DNA from: Sphingomonadales bacterium
Lineage (GTDB): Bacteria > Bacteroidota > Bacteroidia > Flavobacteriales_D > Crocinitomicaceae
Direction: 5' to 3'
NCBI GenBank assembly: GCA_016872115.1
Contig: VHBC01000008.1
Span: 15,430-79,429 of the forward strand
Length of the DNA: 64,000 bases
A program made the translations under genes and the position numbers. Of the stretch, positions 52,668 through 62,780 are shown piece after piece. The notes under the pieces are model-generated. The model saw only the letters and a list, made by a program, of their open reading frames with translations, was not told the origin of the DNA and made no database searches. The first letter of the stretch is position 1. Each line of letters starts with the position of its first letter.

Positions 52668-55013
52668 TTATTGTCCTGTTTTGATCCAGGACAGCCTTTT
52701 GGAATCGATTTCTACGATATAAAAGCCATTTGGAAAGCTTTGAGTTTGGATTGTTGTTTGCAATGGCGAGCATTTCGTCTCTAGAAACACTTTGCCGTCC
52801 AATTGGTATATTTTAACGCTTTTTGAACCAGTAAGGCCTTGAATAGTCAGCTGATCTTGACCAGGATTTGGAAAAAGCCTCAATTGGGGCGGATTGTTTT
52901 CAATAACTAAAATAGATTCATTGGTGATGCTAAAATGATCGAACGCCGCCTCAGTGATATTCGGATTTCCGGCGTAGTCTGCGGTGCGCACAAAAAGCTG
53001 CATATTGTTTGTCAACGCTAAAAGACCCGTTAAAGCAATACTTTTATACGCCCAAGTCATTGGATCGCCTTGCGGGGCTATTACTTCTTCCAATACGACT
53101 TGGTCAATGCCATTACTCAGCGTGATCAAAAGCGTATCATCGAAATTGCCTGGCCCGTGAAAACAATAAAAGGAACGCGCGTAATTCAAATAGGGTGTGC
53201 TCAGTCCATCGAGATTAAATACAGGAGAGATCAAGGTTGTAAATCCGTTATCGACATCATTTTGATCTGGATTTAGGCTACTGCTATTTCCAGTCACCAT
53301 GCATTCATTGAAACAATCTAATGGTGAATCTTGGTCAAAAACGGTATTGGTTGTGGGGTTGGGTTCGGTACGCTCCCATGAACCTGTTTCGGCATTATTG
53401 ATTGTATTCCAGCCAAAATCAAAGGTAAAGTCATCGTAAAAACCTTTTTGCAGATAAACAATGAGTTCTTGCGTACTCGCTGTAATGAATGGCGTACTGC
53501 ATTTGGTTTGATAACCCCACTTTCCCACTACCAACTGGTAGTCATCTTGATAAAAAAGGGTGAGGTCTTCCTGGCCAATACCGTTGGTAATGCCTTCATG
53601 GGTTATTTGTGGGTGTACAAGTTTAATTTGGGCATTGGTCACGGGCAAATTTGTGGCTTGGTCCAAAACTTTGATACTAAGGTTAAATGGCGGAATAGGC
53701 AATAAGTTGAAGTTCTGAGTTGTTGTTGTGCCTTCGGTCAGCGCGACTTGAACTGTTTGGGGATAGTAACCCGGTTTATTCACTTCTACGATGTAGGTTC
53801 CCGATACCGACATTCCCGTTTTGTAAACGCCTTGTGCATTGGTTTTTTCGGACATCGCTGCCCCAAGTAGCGAGACACTCACTTGTGCTAATTCTTGGCC
53901 AGTTACCAAGTCTTTAACAACACCAACTAAACTTGCCGCAGGTGCATAATTGATTTGCAATATAAATAGACCTTCAGTGATATCCGCCGCTACTGCTTTG
54001 TTGGAGGTAAAAAATGGATAAACGCCCCAACAGCCATCGAAACCGGGAGTTTGCCCAGGATAGGTGTCAAAGCTTCCTAATTTGATCAGATTGGCCGGGT
54101 CATGGGCATCGTGAACAACAATGCCATCGCTGTAATAACTGGTTACCAAATAATTGCCCTTCACGTGCGTATTGTGCGGTATGACGGATGTGCCTTGTTG
54201 GCTCTGCACGCGATCCACCTCTTGGATTTGCTGCAAGTTGGCAATGTTGTAGGCCGCCACAAAAGCGCCGGAAATTTCATCGGTGGTGTATACAGTGGCA
54301 CCATCAGCACTTGGCCAGATATTATGTGTGAATAAATTGGGGGTTCCTTGGGTTGCTAACAGTACCGGATTACTGTGGTCTGAGACATCGACAATACAAA
54401 AATAACCGTCGTAAATATGAGCTGTGTAGAGTGTGTCGTTTCGTTCAAAGCCGTCGTGGACATAAGAAATATCAAAAGTTCCCACCTCAATAGGTTGCAT
54501 TGGATCACTATTTAAGTCCAAAATAATGACCCCGCCTTCTCCGCGGTTAGCACCAAAAATATAGGCATAGCCGCTACTAGATGTAAAACAAGTATGCGCG
54601 CTTTGCCATGGATTGGAGGCAGGACCTGTGTAAAGGACAGTTGACAAATTAGTAGATTGAGGCAAGGGATTGAGGTCGATAATGAGCAGACCGTCTTCAG
54701 CTTCGGTTGTTACATAGGCATAGTTACCGAAAACGCAAGGATCTCGCCAGATAGATTCCGAACCAGGTAACCAAAATATTTCCTGGGGCTGTGCGCCATT
54801 TGTAATGTCTACAATAGAGGTGCCTTTTGAGGTACCAACGATTGCATATTCATTTCCGAGTTCGTCGGTGTAGCCCCAAACGTCATTGAGATTGGCGTCG
54901 TGCAAGGCTTGGTAATCGATATGAGAGAGCGAATCAATAGAGAATTGGCTCAACACAGCCGAGCTAGAAAGTATGCAACCAACAAATGCAATTATTTTGA
55001 ACAGCTTCATCAT
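52668..55013 (-). CDS. Secreted beta-propeller (LVIVD / choice-of-anchor-B-like) protein with a carboxypeptidase-regulatory-like domain and a T9SS C-terminal domain
   Basis: 781 aa with a signal peptide. Repeated G....VDI/IIDL blades in the N-terminal 350 aa. GVVKDLVTGQELAQVSVSL...GVYKT...GTYIVEVNKPGY domain. C-terminal LFPNPGQDQLTIQG...GFYIVEI tail. Confidence 0.6.
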   Translation of the reverse strand: MMKLFKIIAFVGCILSSSAVLSQFSIDSLSHIDYQALHDANLNDVWGYTDELGNEYAIVGTSKGTSIVDITNGAQPQEIFWLPGSESIWRDPCVFGNYAYVTTEAEDGLLIIDLNPLPQSTNLSTVLYTGPASNPWQSAHTCFTSSSGYAYIFGANRGEGGVIILDLNSDPMQPIEVGTFDISYVHDGFERNDTLYTAHIYDGYFCIVDVSDHSNPVLLATQGTPNLFTHNIWPSADGATVYTTDEISGAFVAAYNIANLQQIQEVDRVQSQQGTSVIPHNTHVKGNYLVTSYYSDGIVVHDAHDPANLIKLGSFDTYPGQTPGFDGCWGVYPFFTSNKAVAADITEGLFILQINYAPAASLVGVVKDLVTGQELAQVSVSLLGAAMSEKTNAQGVYKTGMSVSGTYIVEVNKPGYYPQTVQVALTEGTTTTQNFNLLPIPPFNLSIKVLDQATNLPVTNAQIKLVHPQITHEGITNGIGQEDLTLFYQDDYQLVVGKWGYQTKCSTPFITASTQELIVYLQKGFYDDFTFDFGWNTINNAETGSWERTEPNPTTNTVFDQDSPLDCFNECMVTGNSSSLNPDQNDVDNGFTTLISPVFNLDGLSTPYLNYARSFYCFHGPGNFDDTLLITLSNGIDQVVLEEVIAPQGDPMTWAYKSIALTGLLALTNNMQLFVRTADYAGNPNITEAAFDHFSITNESILVIENNPPQLRLFPNPGQDQLTIQGLTGSKSVKIYQLDGKVFLETKCSPLQTTIQTQSFPNGFYIVEIDSKRLSWIKTGQ

Positions 55014-58000
55014 TTATTGTCGGATATATTTTTGTGTGAATTTGCCTTGTGCGGTTTCGATTTGAATCAAATAGGTTCCTGAAGGGTAAGGGCTCATGTC
55101 AATGAAACTCTCGGCAAAGTTTGCGCTTGCATTCATCTGCTCTTGGTGGAGTGAGCGACCGGTCAAATCTAAAAGCTGGAGATTTGCGCGTCCGTTAACT
55201 TGCCCGCTAAGTTCTACAGTCGTTTGACCTGAACCCGGATTTGGAAAAATTGCAATTGTAGGTTCATTTTGCACCTCCGCAACATCGAGTGTAAAACCGA
55301 CCGTGAAATCATAACGGTGGTAGTGTCCAAAATCGCCGGGAAAAAATTCAATATAGCTCCCTCCTACCTTTCGCAAACGCATTTGCCCTGAAGTTTCGCC
55401 TTCTACCTGTGCAGAGTACCAGAAGGCCAAACCGTCGTGGTCGGTATCTTCTATAATAATTGAATAGCAACCTGGCGCTAAATCAAAGGTGTCTTTGTAT
55501 TGAGTGGTATTTTGCAGATTGGTTCTTTCAAACAATACATTGCCGGAATGATCTAGTAATTGATAGCTATTTTCGGTGGCTTTATTGTTGGTCGTGAGCC
55601 AGATAAAGAAAGGGCCGTCAATGCGCTCTGGCGCGTCGTATTTGACGGTCATCAAGCTATTTTGATTGTATTGATCAGGGCCAATGATGCCATTGACATC
55701 GGCAATCCAAGCCGTGAAGGTATAAGAACTGTCTTGTTCATACCACCAATTCATGTCGGTCACAGGAATTTCCACAACCGCCTGTTCTAAAAACCCAAGA
55801 TTACCTGTCCAGTCGTAAACTAAATTTGAACCGTAGTCGAGCCAGCAGAAAATACGGCACGAAGTAAGAGGTTGTGCGCCCGTATTTTTGATGATGATTC
55901 TCGGGTTTTGACACGTCGGATTCCACTTCGAATAATACTCGTAATTATTTGGATTTAGGATATCGACAACAGCCGCATCATTTTGGAAATTAGGCGCTGA
56001 GTAAGAGATCAGGTCATAGGCTGCAATGTAGTTACCTCCGGCCTGTCCTGGGTCTGTAGTAGGTACCGCGTTGATTGCGTAGTCCAGCAAAACGGTATCA
56101 CCGGGCGTGACATAAGGCGTCAGTTCGAATTCAAATTCTTTGACCATGTCTCCGGGACACCAACCCTCTCGGGCATAGGGCCAAGTTCCGCCTTGTCCTA
56201 TATTCGGGTTGTCGCCACAAACCATGGCATCCCAGATGCTCCAGTTGAAGCGCGGAACGCCGTCTACTTTGATTTGATGACTGTTATTGACCCACTCACA
56301 ACATGCGTAATCGCCAACTTGGCCATGGCCCGACATACGCGTCTTGATTTTAAACATTTCTGCTGTATCGGAAAGCACTAGCGGTTTTGCTTCCAATACA
56401 GCATCTGCGGCCATTTGCCCAAAGTTATAGGATCTGAAGTTGGCCCAAATGGGTTCTCTTTTTAGTACATCGCGCGGCGGTGTTCCTTTGATAAATGCAA
56501 ATTTAAGATCGATGAGTTCTTGGGTGTTGTGCGCAGCAAGATCTACCAAACCATGCAAGTATTGCTGGTAGTCTGTGACGTCGTAGATCCAGGTGAAGCC
56601 ATTGGGACCTAAGTCAAACTGAATGCCATAAGGCGTGATGTAACGTGCAATTTCAACGTCGTGAATGATTTCGAAAGGTGGGTTGTAAACTGTAAGTGCT
56701 TGGTTTGTGAGCGCTAAAGTCGTTTGAATTGGTGCACTAGTAATCAATGCACCATTGAAATCATAACTTTCAACCGTACCTGAGGGTACTCCTATGTAAG
56801 TTTGAACCAATTCAAAATGACGATGTAATGGTACTTGTTCAAAAACAACAATAGGTTCTTTGAGCTTGAATTGATTGACGTATTGTGTCGTGAAATTTGC
56901 TTGATTTGATCCTTGACCAAGTTCGACCACCGGGCGTATATTAAGGCCTTGCGTACCGGCGTACAAACTATTATTCGTCTTGAACATGCCCAATTCAGAG
57001 GGCATGAGTGTATGTCCATTTGGGCTTAAATCTCTGGCATATTTAACGTTGTCAAAATCGTGATAGAGAACCAAACTACTCCAGTTTGGATGTGTATTGT
57101 CTATCTTTTTTTGGTAGTTGGCAGCGATGGTACTGGCACTTAGCGCAGCTTTATAAATGCGCAGTTCGTCAAGATTTCCTTTCCATGACAAACTTTGGTT
57201 ACCGTTAGCCCCAATTATCAAACGGTGAAAATAACCCATTTCGCGGTTTTTATTATTTCCAGAAAGCCATAACTGCCCATTTTTATAAATGAACATTTGT
57301 CCGCTTGTTTGATCCTTCACAAAAGCCCAATGATTCCATTCACCATCTATTTCTGTAGCGCTAGCTGCCTGGTTGATGCGGTCATAGCCTGTTTCATCAC
57401 CGGCATCAAAATAAATATTATTATTACTCCAAGGCATGTGGATATTGAAAATGCGTCGACCAGCCGTATCCAAGGCCTCCATAAAAGTTGTATTTTGGCC
57501 AATATTACCATTACCCCTGGCCCAAAATTCAATGGTAAAGGCATTACCAATTTCTTCATTCGCAAAAGAGGACATAGTGTAGTTCGAACCATTAAAGGCC
57601 AGCATGCCATTTCGGCCAGCATAGGCTACTGAAAGTGGGGCCGCGGTAGTTTCCATGGCAAATTCTAAGTTTTGGAAAAGCGGCAGGTCGTTGTCCAACT
57701 TCAATTCTACAAGCAAATTGGTTACGCCATCCCAAATAAAATCTTGGTAAAACACAAAGGTATTCCAACCCGGTAACAACGGAGGATTAGACATGCCTGG
57801 TGCAAAAGAAGCGTTGTAAACCTCAGTGAAGTTGGCTTGTTCTAATGTATTAAGTGTCGTAAGCACCGTAGGCGAAATTGAAATTACAGGATGCAAAAGC
57901 AAACCACCTGTTGGAATATTGAAACGCATTGAACGAATTGCACCCGGTTGGACTCCTGCTGCTATTAATTCTTGAGCGGTAAGTACAAACTGATAGCGGC

Positions 58001-58472
58001 TACCTTGCTGAGTGGTTACAAAAGGTAAACTCGAACTCAGGCCACCAGTGTTAATGGAGACATGCGTGAGGCCGGCTGCGGTCTTGGTCATTTCCTGAAC
58101 AAGGTATTGATCGGCTTCTGTGTAGGGTAAGGGCTTTAAATTCACAGTTGCTGGGCTCGCCCAGTTTGCTAAAAATTTGGTGCCGTTGACGGCTGTGGAA
58201 TCAAAATTGCCGGTATGGTCAAAAACGCGTGTGTAAGTGAGGTAATCCCACTCACCGCAGTTGTATTGATCCCAGGTGGTGAGGGGCGAACATTTCAATT
58301 TGTAGTACATCTGTACTTTCTCGAAACGCTGTGTATCGAGCGATGCAGGAAATTGAAAATTAGCCCGACGCGTAGTGATAGAGTCAAAAGTAAAGGTTTG
58401 AACCCAGGTAGTGTCTTGGGCCAACAAACTCATTTGTACCAAAAAGACGAGCGCGAAAAGCAGGTATTTCAT
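55014..58472 (-). CDS. Very large secreted protein with PNGase F-like motifs, a LamG/ConA-like module and a T9SS C-terminal domain
   Basis: 1152 aa. NCGEWDY, EIARYITPYG...IYDVTDY, MSGHGQ..ACCEWV and EGWCPGD resemble PNGase F motifs (CDEWDR, EIGRFITPYW, SGWGH, CAEWC, AGWCPG). LamG-like ...GNLDELRIYKAALS. C-terminal IFPNPGSGQTTVEL...GTYLIQI tail. Confidence 0.55.
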   Translation of the reverse strand: MKYLLFALVFLVQMSLLAQDTTWVQTFTFDSITTRRANFQFPASLDTQRFEKVQMYYKLKCSPLTTWDQYNCGEWDYLTYTRVFDHTGNFDSTAVNGTKFLANWASPATVNLKPLPYTEADQYLVQEMTKTAAGLTHVSINTGGLSSSLPFVTTQQGSRYQFVLTAQELIAAGVQPGAIRSMRFNIPTGGLLLHPVISISPTVLTTLNTLEQANFTEVYNASFAPGMSNPPLLPGWNTFVFYQDFIWDGVTNLLVELKLDNDLPLFQNLEFAMETTAAPLSVAYAGRNGMLAFNGSNYTMSSFANEEIGNAFTIEFWARGNGNIGQNTTFMEALDTAGRRIFNIHMPWSNNNIYFDAGDETGYDRINQAASATEIDGEWNHWAFVKDQTSGQMFIYKNGQLWLSGNNKNREMGYFHRLIIGANGNQSLSWKGNLDELRIYKAALSASTIAANYQKKIDNTHPNWSSLVLYHDFDNVKYARDLSPNGHTLMPSELGMFKTNNSLYAGTQGLNIRPVVELGQGSNQANFTTQYVNQFKLKEPIVVFEQVPLHRHFELVQTYIGVPSGTVESYDFNGALITSAPIQTTLALTNQALTVYNPPFEIIHDVEIARYITPYGIQFDLGPNGFTWIYDVTDYQQYLHGLVDLAAHNTQELIDLKFAFIKGTPPRDVLKREPIWANFRSYNFGQMAADAVLEAKPLVLSDTAEMFKIKTRMSGHGQVGDYACCEWVNNSHQIKVDGVPRFNWSIWDAMVCGDNPNIGQGGTWPYAREGWCPGDMVKEFEFELTPYVTPGDTVLLDYAINAVPTTDPGQAGGNYIAAYDLISYSAPNFQNDAAVVDILNPNNYEYYSKWNPTCQNPRIIIKNTGAQPLTSCRIFCWLDYGSNLVYDWTGNLGFLEQAVVEIPVTDMNWWYEQDSSYTFTAWIADVNGIIGPDQYNQNSLMTVKYDAPERIDGPFFIWLTTNNKATENSYQLLDHSGNVLFERTNLQNTTQYKDTFDLAPGCYSIIIEDTDHDGLAFWYSAQVEGETSGQMRLRKVGGSYIEFFPGDFGHYHRYDFTVGFTLDVAEVQNEPTIAIFPNPGSGQTTVELSGQVNGRANLQLLDLTGRSLHQEQMNASANFAESFIDMSPYPSGTYLIQIETAQGKFTQKYIRQ

Positions 58473-58516
58473 AAGAAGAACTTATAGCAGTCCTCTAAAA
58501 TACAAACTATTTGAAA

Positions 58517-59362
58517 TTAATTGAAAAACAATTTGAGCGAAAGCCCAAGTGTTTGGCGCAAGGCCGTCCTTTCGATGATGTAATCTAAAAACCCGTGTTC
58601 GAGAAGAAATTCACTGGTTTGAAAGCCTTCTGGGAGGTCGCGTCCGATTGTTTCTTTAACAACCCGCGGCCCAGCAAAACCGATGAGTGCACCTGGTTCG
58701 GCAATGTTGATGTCACCGAGCATGGCAAAAGATGCGGTGACTCCGCCGGTTGTTGGATCAGTGAGGTACGAAATGTAAGGAAGTTGTGCCTCGGCAAGTT
58801 GGCCTAATTTACCGCTCACTTTGGCCATTTGCATAAGCGAGAAGCCGGCTTCCATCATGCGGGCACCACCGGATTTAGAAATGATCATGAAAGCCGCTTT
58901 TTCAGCGATAGCGACGTCAATAGCTCTAGCAATTTTCTCGCCCATTACGGAGCCCATAGAACCGCCAATAAAATTGAAATCCATGGCCGCTACCACCAAT
59001 TTGTAGCCGTCCAGATCTCCTTTGGCCGTGCGTATGGCATCTTTAAGACCAGTCGCTTTTTGCGTTGCTACCACTCGATCGGTATATTTCTTGGTATCGA
59101 CAAAGCCAAGCGGGTCACCAGATTGCATGTTGACATCTAACTCCTCATATTTTTGGTGATCAAAAATTATATTGAAATATTCGGCCGCACCTATGCGCTC
59201 ATGATGCGAACAACGATCGCAAACGTAATTGTTGCGCATGAGGTCTTCACTGGTGTAGAGTGTTTTGCAATTTGAGCAACGAACCCACAAGCCTTCAGGC
59301 ACTTCCATTTTTTCGGAAGTGGATGTTGTGATACCTTCTTTATTTCTTTTAAACCAAGACAT
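58517..59362 (-). CDS. accD: Acetyl-CoA carboxylase carboxyltransferase subunit beta
   Basis: 281 aa. N-terminal Zn ribbon [26 protein letters not shown] and carboxyltransferase core [11 protein letters not shown]. Confidence 0.95.
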   Translation of the reverse strand: MSWFKRNKEGITTSTSEKMEVPEGLWVRCSNCKTLYTSEDLMRNNYVCDRCSHHERIGAAEYFNIIFDHQKYEELDVNMQSGDPLGFVDTKKYTDRVVATQKATGLKDAIRTAKGDLDGYKLVVAAMDFNFIGGSMGSVMGEKIARAIDVAIAEKAAFMIISKSGGARMMEAGFSLMQMAKVSGKLGQLAEAQLPYISYLTDPTTGGVTASFAMLGDINIAEPGALIGFAGPRVVKETIGRDLPEGFQTSEFLLEHGFLDYIIERTALRQTLGLSLKLFFN

Positions 59363-59366
59363 AATA

Positions 59367-60428
59367 TTAATTCAGTGTATTGATATTATTTAGATCAGCA
59401 AAGGATTGTTCGAGGCGTTCGATGAAAGTTAGTTCGCCTTCGCGCAGCCATTTGCGAGGATCATAGTATTTTTTATTGGGTTGGTCGTCTCCGTCGGGAT
59501 TGCCAATTTGAGTGCGAAGGTAAGCCATTTTGTTGTCAATGTAATCACGCACACCTTCAGTAAATGCAAATTGCATATCGGTATCGATATTCATTTTGAT
59601 TACGCCATAGCCAATTGCTTCAAGGATTTCATCCAAACTGGAACCCGATCCTCCATGAAAAACAAAATCAACAGGATTTGGTCCCGTTTGAAATTTTTCT
59701 TGAATATACGTTTGGGAATTTTTCAAAATAACGGGAGTCAATTGCACGTTACCTGGCTTGTAAACGCCGTGAACATTTCCAAAAGAAGCCGCTATGGTAA
59801 AGCGCGGCGAGATTTCCATGAGCGCTTGGTAGGCAGCGGCAACCTCTTCTGGTTGGGTATATAATTTGGCGTTGTCTACATCGGTATTGTCTACGCCATC
59901 TTCTTCACCTCCGGTAATGCCCAATTCGATTTCGAGTGTCATGTCCAATTTTGCCATACGGCGCAAATATTGCTGACAAATTTCAAGGTTTTCTGCAAGT
60001 GGTTCCTCACTTAGGTCAATCATATGAGAGCTAAATAATGGTTTACCGGTTTCTTTGTAAAAAGCCTCACCGGCATCGAGCAGAGCGTCTATCCATGGCA
60101 ATAATTTTTTAGCGCAGTGGTCGGTATGTAAAATGACTGTTGCACCATAGGCCTCGGCCAAAAGGTGCACATGGCGTGCGCCTGCAATTGAACCTAATAT
60201 AGCTGCTTTTTCGGCTTCATTCGACAGCCCTTTGCCCGCAAAAAATTGTCCTCCACCATTTGAAAACTGAATAATCACGGGTGCATTGAGCTTGGCAGCT
60301 GTTTCCATTACGGCATTGACAGTGCTACTACTCGTGACATTCACCGCAGGCAACGCAAATTGTTTTTGTTTGGCAAGTTTAAAAATAGCTTGAACTGTAT
60401 CGCCCGTAGCGACTCCTGGCTTGATCAT
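59367..60428 (-). CDS. fbaA: Class II fructose-bisphosphate aldolase
   Basis: 353 aa from ATG 60428 ([12 protein letters not shown], as in E. coli FbaA KPGVITGDDV). HTDHC and FHGGSGS motifs. The 60494 start adds 22 unlikely residues. Confidence 0.9.
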   Translation of the reverse strand: MIKPGVATGDTVQAIFKLAKQKQFALPAVNVTSSSTVNAVMETAAKLNAPVIIQFSNGGGQFFAGKGLSNEAEKAAILGSIAGARHVHLLAEAYGATVILHTDHCAKKLLPWIDALLDAGEAFYKETGKPLFSSHMIDLSEEPLAENLEICQQYLRRMAKLDMTLEIELGITGGEEDGVDNTDVDNAKLYTQPEEVAAAYQALMEISPRFTIAASFGNVHGVYKPGNVQLTPVILKNSQTYIQEKFQTGPNPVDFVFHGGSGSSLDEILEAIGYGVIKMNIDTDMQFAFTEGVRDYIDNKMAYLRTQIGNPDGDDQPNKKYYDPRKWLREGELTFIERLEQSFADLNNINTLN

Positions 60429-60457
60429 GATGGTTTTGTTGTTGTTGATTGATAGTG

Positions 60458-60465
60458 CAAAATTA
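60458..60465 (-). promoter_or_regulatory. -7 promoter box (TAATTTTG) for fbaA-accD
   Basis: Exact TAnnTTTG on the minus strand, 29 nt upstream of ATG 60428. Confidence 0.4.
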
Positions 60466-60528
60466 GAAATTATCTTGGATAAAATAATTTTCAAAATCCT
60501 GCGTTATAATCCAAATATTACACTGCCT

Positions 60529-60675
60529 ATGATTAAAAATACTTACTCCTCTCATCTGAATTCTACAGCTACTTTACTTCCTGATCCGCGAATCATCATG
60601 TTTCTAAAACAATATAGTCAGTCGTTGGAAGTTCTAAAAGGCAAGAAAAAGCCTTATATAGTTGGAAAGAATTAA
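60529..60675 (+). CDS. Speculative 48-aa small ORF ending just before an orphan terminator
   Basis: Encodes MIKNTYSSHLNSTATLLPDPRIIMFLKQYSQSLEVLKGKKKPYIVGKN. The stop is 4 nt before the terminator stem. There is no recognisable motif and no canonical promoter box. Confidence 0.15.
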   Translation: MIKNTYSSHLNSTATLLPDPRIIMFLKQYSQSLEVLKGKKKPYIVGKN

Positions 60676-60679
60676 GCAA

Positions 60680-60700
60680 GCGCCGCAAGGCGCTTTTTTT
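60680..60700 (+). terminator. Strong plus-strand rho-independent terminator in the fbaA-uvrB intergenic region
   Basis: GCGCC-gcaa-GGCGC hairpin followed by T7. No annotated plus-strand gene lies upstream of it. Confidence 0.75.
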
Positions 60701-60746
60701 ATTCTTTTCCATCAAATAAAGATAATTTTTCAAACTTTAAATTCGG

Positions 60747-60754
60747 TAATTTTG
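60747..60754 (+). promoter_or_regulatory. -7 promoter box (TAATTTTG), 4 nt before the uvrB ATG
   Basis: TAATTTTG aacc ATG. Exact TAnnTTTG. Confidence 0.45.
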
Positions 60755-60758
60755 AACC

Positions 60759-62780
60759 ATGCAATTTGAACTTGTTTCGGATTACCAACCAACCGGAGAC
60801 CAACCCGAAGCGATCCGACAACTTGTGGACGGCCTGAGCAGTGGCCAGTGTCAGCAAACCCTTCTCGGTGTAACCGGTAGTGGCAAAACATTTACAGTAG
60901 CAAATGTCATTGCGCAAGTACAGCGCCCCACTCTTGTTTTATCGCACAACAAAACACTAGCCGCGCAACTCTATGGTGAATTCAAGCAGTTTTTCCCCAA
61001 TAATGCCGTTGAGTATTTTGTCTCTTACTACGATTACTACCAGCCAGAAGCCTACATTCCGTCTACCGGAACATTTATTGAGAAAGACCTGCAAATAAAC
61101 GATGAAATTGAAAAACTGCGTTTGGCCGCAACCTCCGCGCTGCTTTCCGGAAGGCGCGATGTCATTGTCGTAGCCTCGGTAAGTTGCATTTACGGAATTG
61201 GAAACCCTACCGAATTCAAAAACAGCATATTGCATCTAAAGGTTGGCGATGTGGTGCTGCGCAACAAATTTTTATTTCGGTTGGTTGAAAACCTGTACCA
61301 GCGCTCAGGCAACGATTTTGAAAGAGGCCAGTTTCGGGTATCAGGCGATACTGTAGATATCTACTTGGCCTATGCCGACTACGCCCTGCGTATTGGCTTT
61401 TGGGCAGATGAAATCGAAAGTATTGCTGCAATAGACCCTGAAAGTGGCACGACACTCGAAACTTTTCAATCCATCGATATTTTTCCGGCTAACCTTTTTG
61501 TATCCAGCCCTGACAACACGCGCCAGGCCATTATTCAAATTCAAGATGACCTGGTTGAACAAGTAGCCAATTTCAAAGCAGAAGGTAAGCTCGAAGAAGC
61601 CAAAAGACTTGAAGAACGCGTCAATTACGATCTCGAAATGATCCGCGAATTGGGCTACTGTTCGGGTATTGAAAATTACTCAAGATATTTTGACCGCAGG
61701 CAGCCAGGTGAGCGCCCGTTTTGCTTGCTCGATTACTTCCCAGAAGATTTTTTAATGGTGGTTGATGAAAGCCATGTCACGCTTCCGCAGGTCCGAGGAA
61801 TGTATGGCGGTGACCGCTCTCGAAAGATCAATCTTGTGGACTACGGCTTTCGCCTACAAGCTGCCATTGACAACCGCCCGCTACAATTCAATGAATTCGA
61901 AGGTTTTTTATCGAATGTCATCTATGTATCGGCAACACCAGCTGATTACGAGATGCAACAGTCAGAAGGCGTTGTGGTCGAGCAGCTCATACGACCTACC
62001 GGCTTGCTTGATCCGCTCATTGAAGTGCACCCCAGTAAAAATCAGATTGATCATCTCATTGAACAAATTCAAGAAAGAAGAGCGAGCACCGAACGCACCC
62101 TAGTAACCACATTGACCAAACGCATGGCCGAAGAGCTCCAAAAATACCTCGATCGTTTGAGTATTCCGTGTAGATATATTCACTCTGAAATCGATACCAT
62201 AGAGCGAGTCGAGATTTTGCGTCAACTCCGGCTCGGCGCTTTCGATGTCTTGATTGGGGTCAATTTGTTGCGCGAAGGCCTTGACTTACCAGAGGTTTCT
62301 TTGGTAGCCATTCTCGACGCCGACAAAGAAGGTTTTCTGCGCAACGAACGTTCACTCGTCCAGACGGTGGGCCGCGCCGCGCGAAATGTCAATGGCAAAG
62401 TATTGATGTACGCCGATAAAATCACCGATTCTATGCGTCGCACCATTGACGAAACAGCCCGACGACGCCTGGTCCAAGAAGCCTACAACCTTGCACACAA
62501 TCAAGTGCCCACCGCGCTCAACAAGTCCAAAGACAAAATATTAGAAAGCACCAAAGTGGCGGACGGCGACCAAACGACCAGACAAGCAAAGGCGCTGCAA
62601 GCCGCGCAAAGCGAGATCAAGCACATAAGTGCGTCCCCGCAATTTCAAAACCCAGAAGAGCGCGACAAAGAAATCAAAACGCTTAAAAAAGCAATGGAGC
62701 GTGCCGCCAAAGACCTCGACTTCATCGAAGCAGCCCGCATCCGCGACCTCATTAAAAATATCGAAAAACAAAACCCATGA
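60759..62780 (+). CDS. uvrB: Excinuclease ABC subunit B
   Basis: 673 aa. MQFELVSDYQPTGDQPEAI N-terminus, Walker A GVTGSGKTFT, DESH box, C-terminal UVR domain (DFIEAARIRD). Confidence 0.97.
   Translation: MQFELVSDYQPTGDQPEAIRQLVDGLSSGQCQQTLLGVTGSGKTFTVANVIAQVQRPTLVLSHNKTLAAQLYGEFKQFFPNNAVEYFVSYYDYYQPEAYIPSTGTFIEKDLQINDEIEKLRLAATSALLSGRRDVIVVASVSCIYGIGNPTEFKNSILHLKVGDVVLRNKFLFRLVENLYQRSGNDFERGQFRVSGDTVDIYLAYADYALRIGFWADEIESIAAIDPESGTTLETFQSIDIFPANLFVSSPDNTRQAIIQIQDDLVEQVANFKAEGKLEEAKRLEERVNYDLEMIRELGYCSGIENYSRYFDRRQPGERPFCLLDYFPEDFLMVVDESHVTLPQVRGMYGGDRSRKINLVDYGFRLQAAIDNRPLQFNEFEGFLSNVIYVSATPADYEMQQSEGVVVEQLIRPTGLLDPLIEVHPSKNQIDHLIEQIQERRASTERTLVTTLTKRMAEELQKYLDRLSIPCRYIHSEIDTIERVEILRQLRLGAFDVLIGVNLLREGLDLPEVSLVAILDADKEGFLRNERSLVQTVGRAARNVNGKVLMYADKITDSMRRTIDETARRRLVQEAYNLAHNQVPTALNKSKDKILESTKVADGDQTTRQAKALQAAQSEIKHISASPQFQNPEERDKEIKTLKKAMERAAKDLDFIEAARIRDLIKNIEKQNP

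Noticed and set aside
52639-52773. 45-aa N-terminal extension of the GT2 ORF
   Set aside because: It would overlap the 3' end of the upstream T9SS gene and the TATCTTTG box. The GT2 signature (MQLSIVIPLYNE) begins at ATG 52638.
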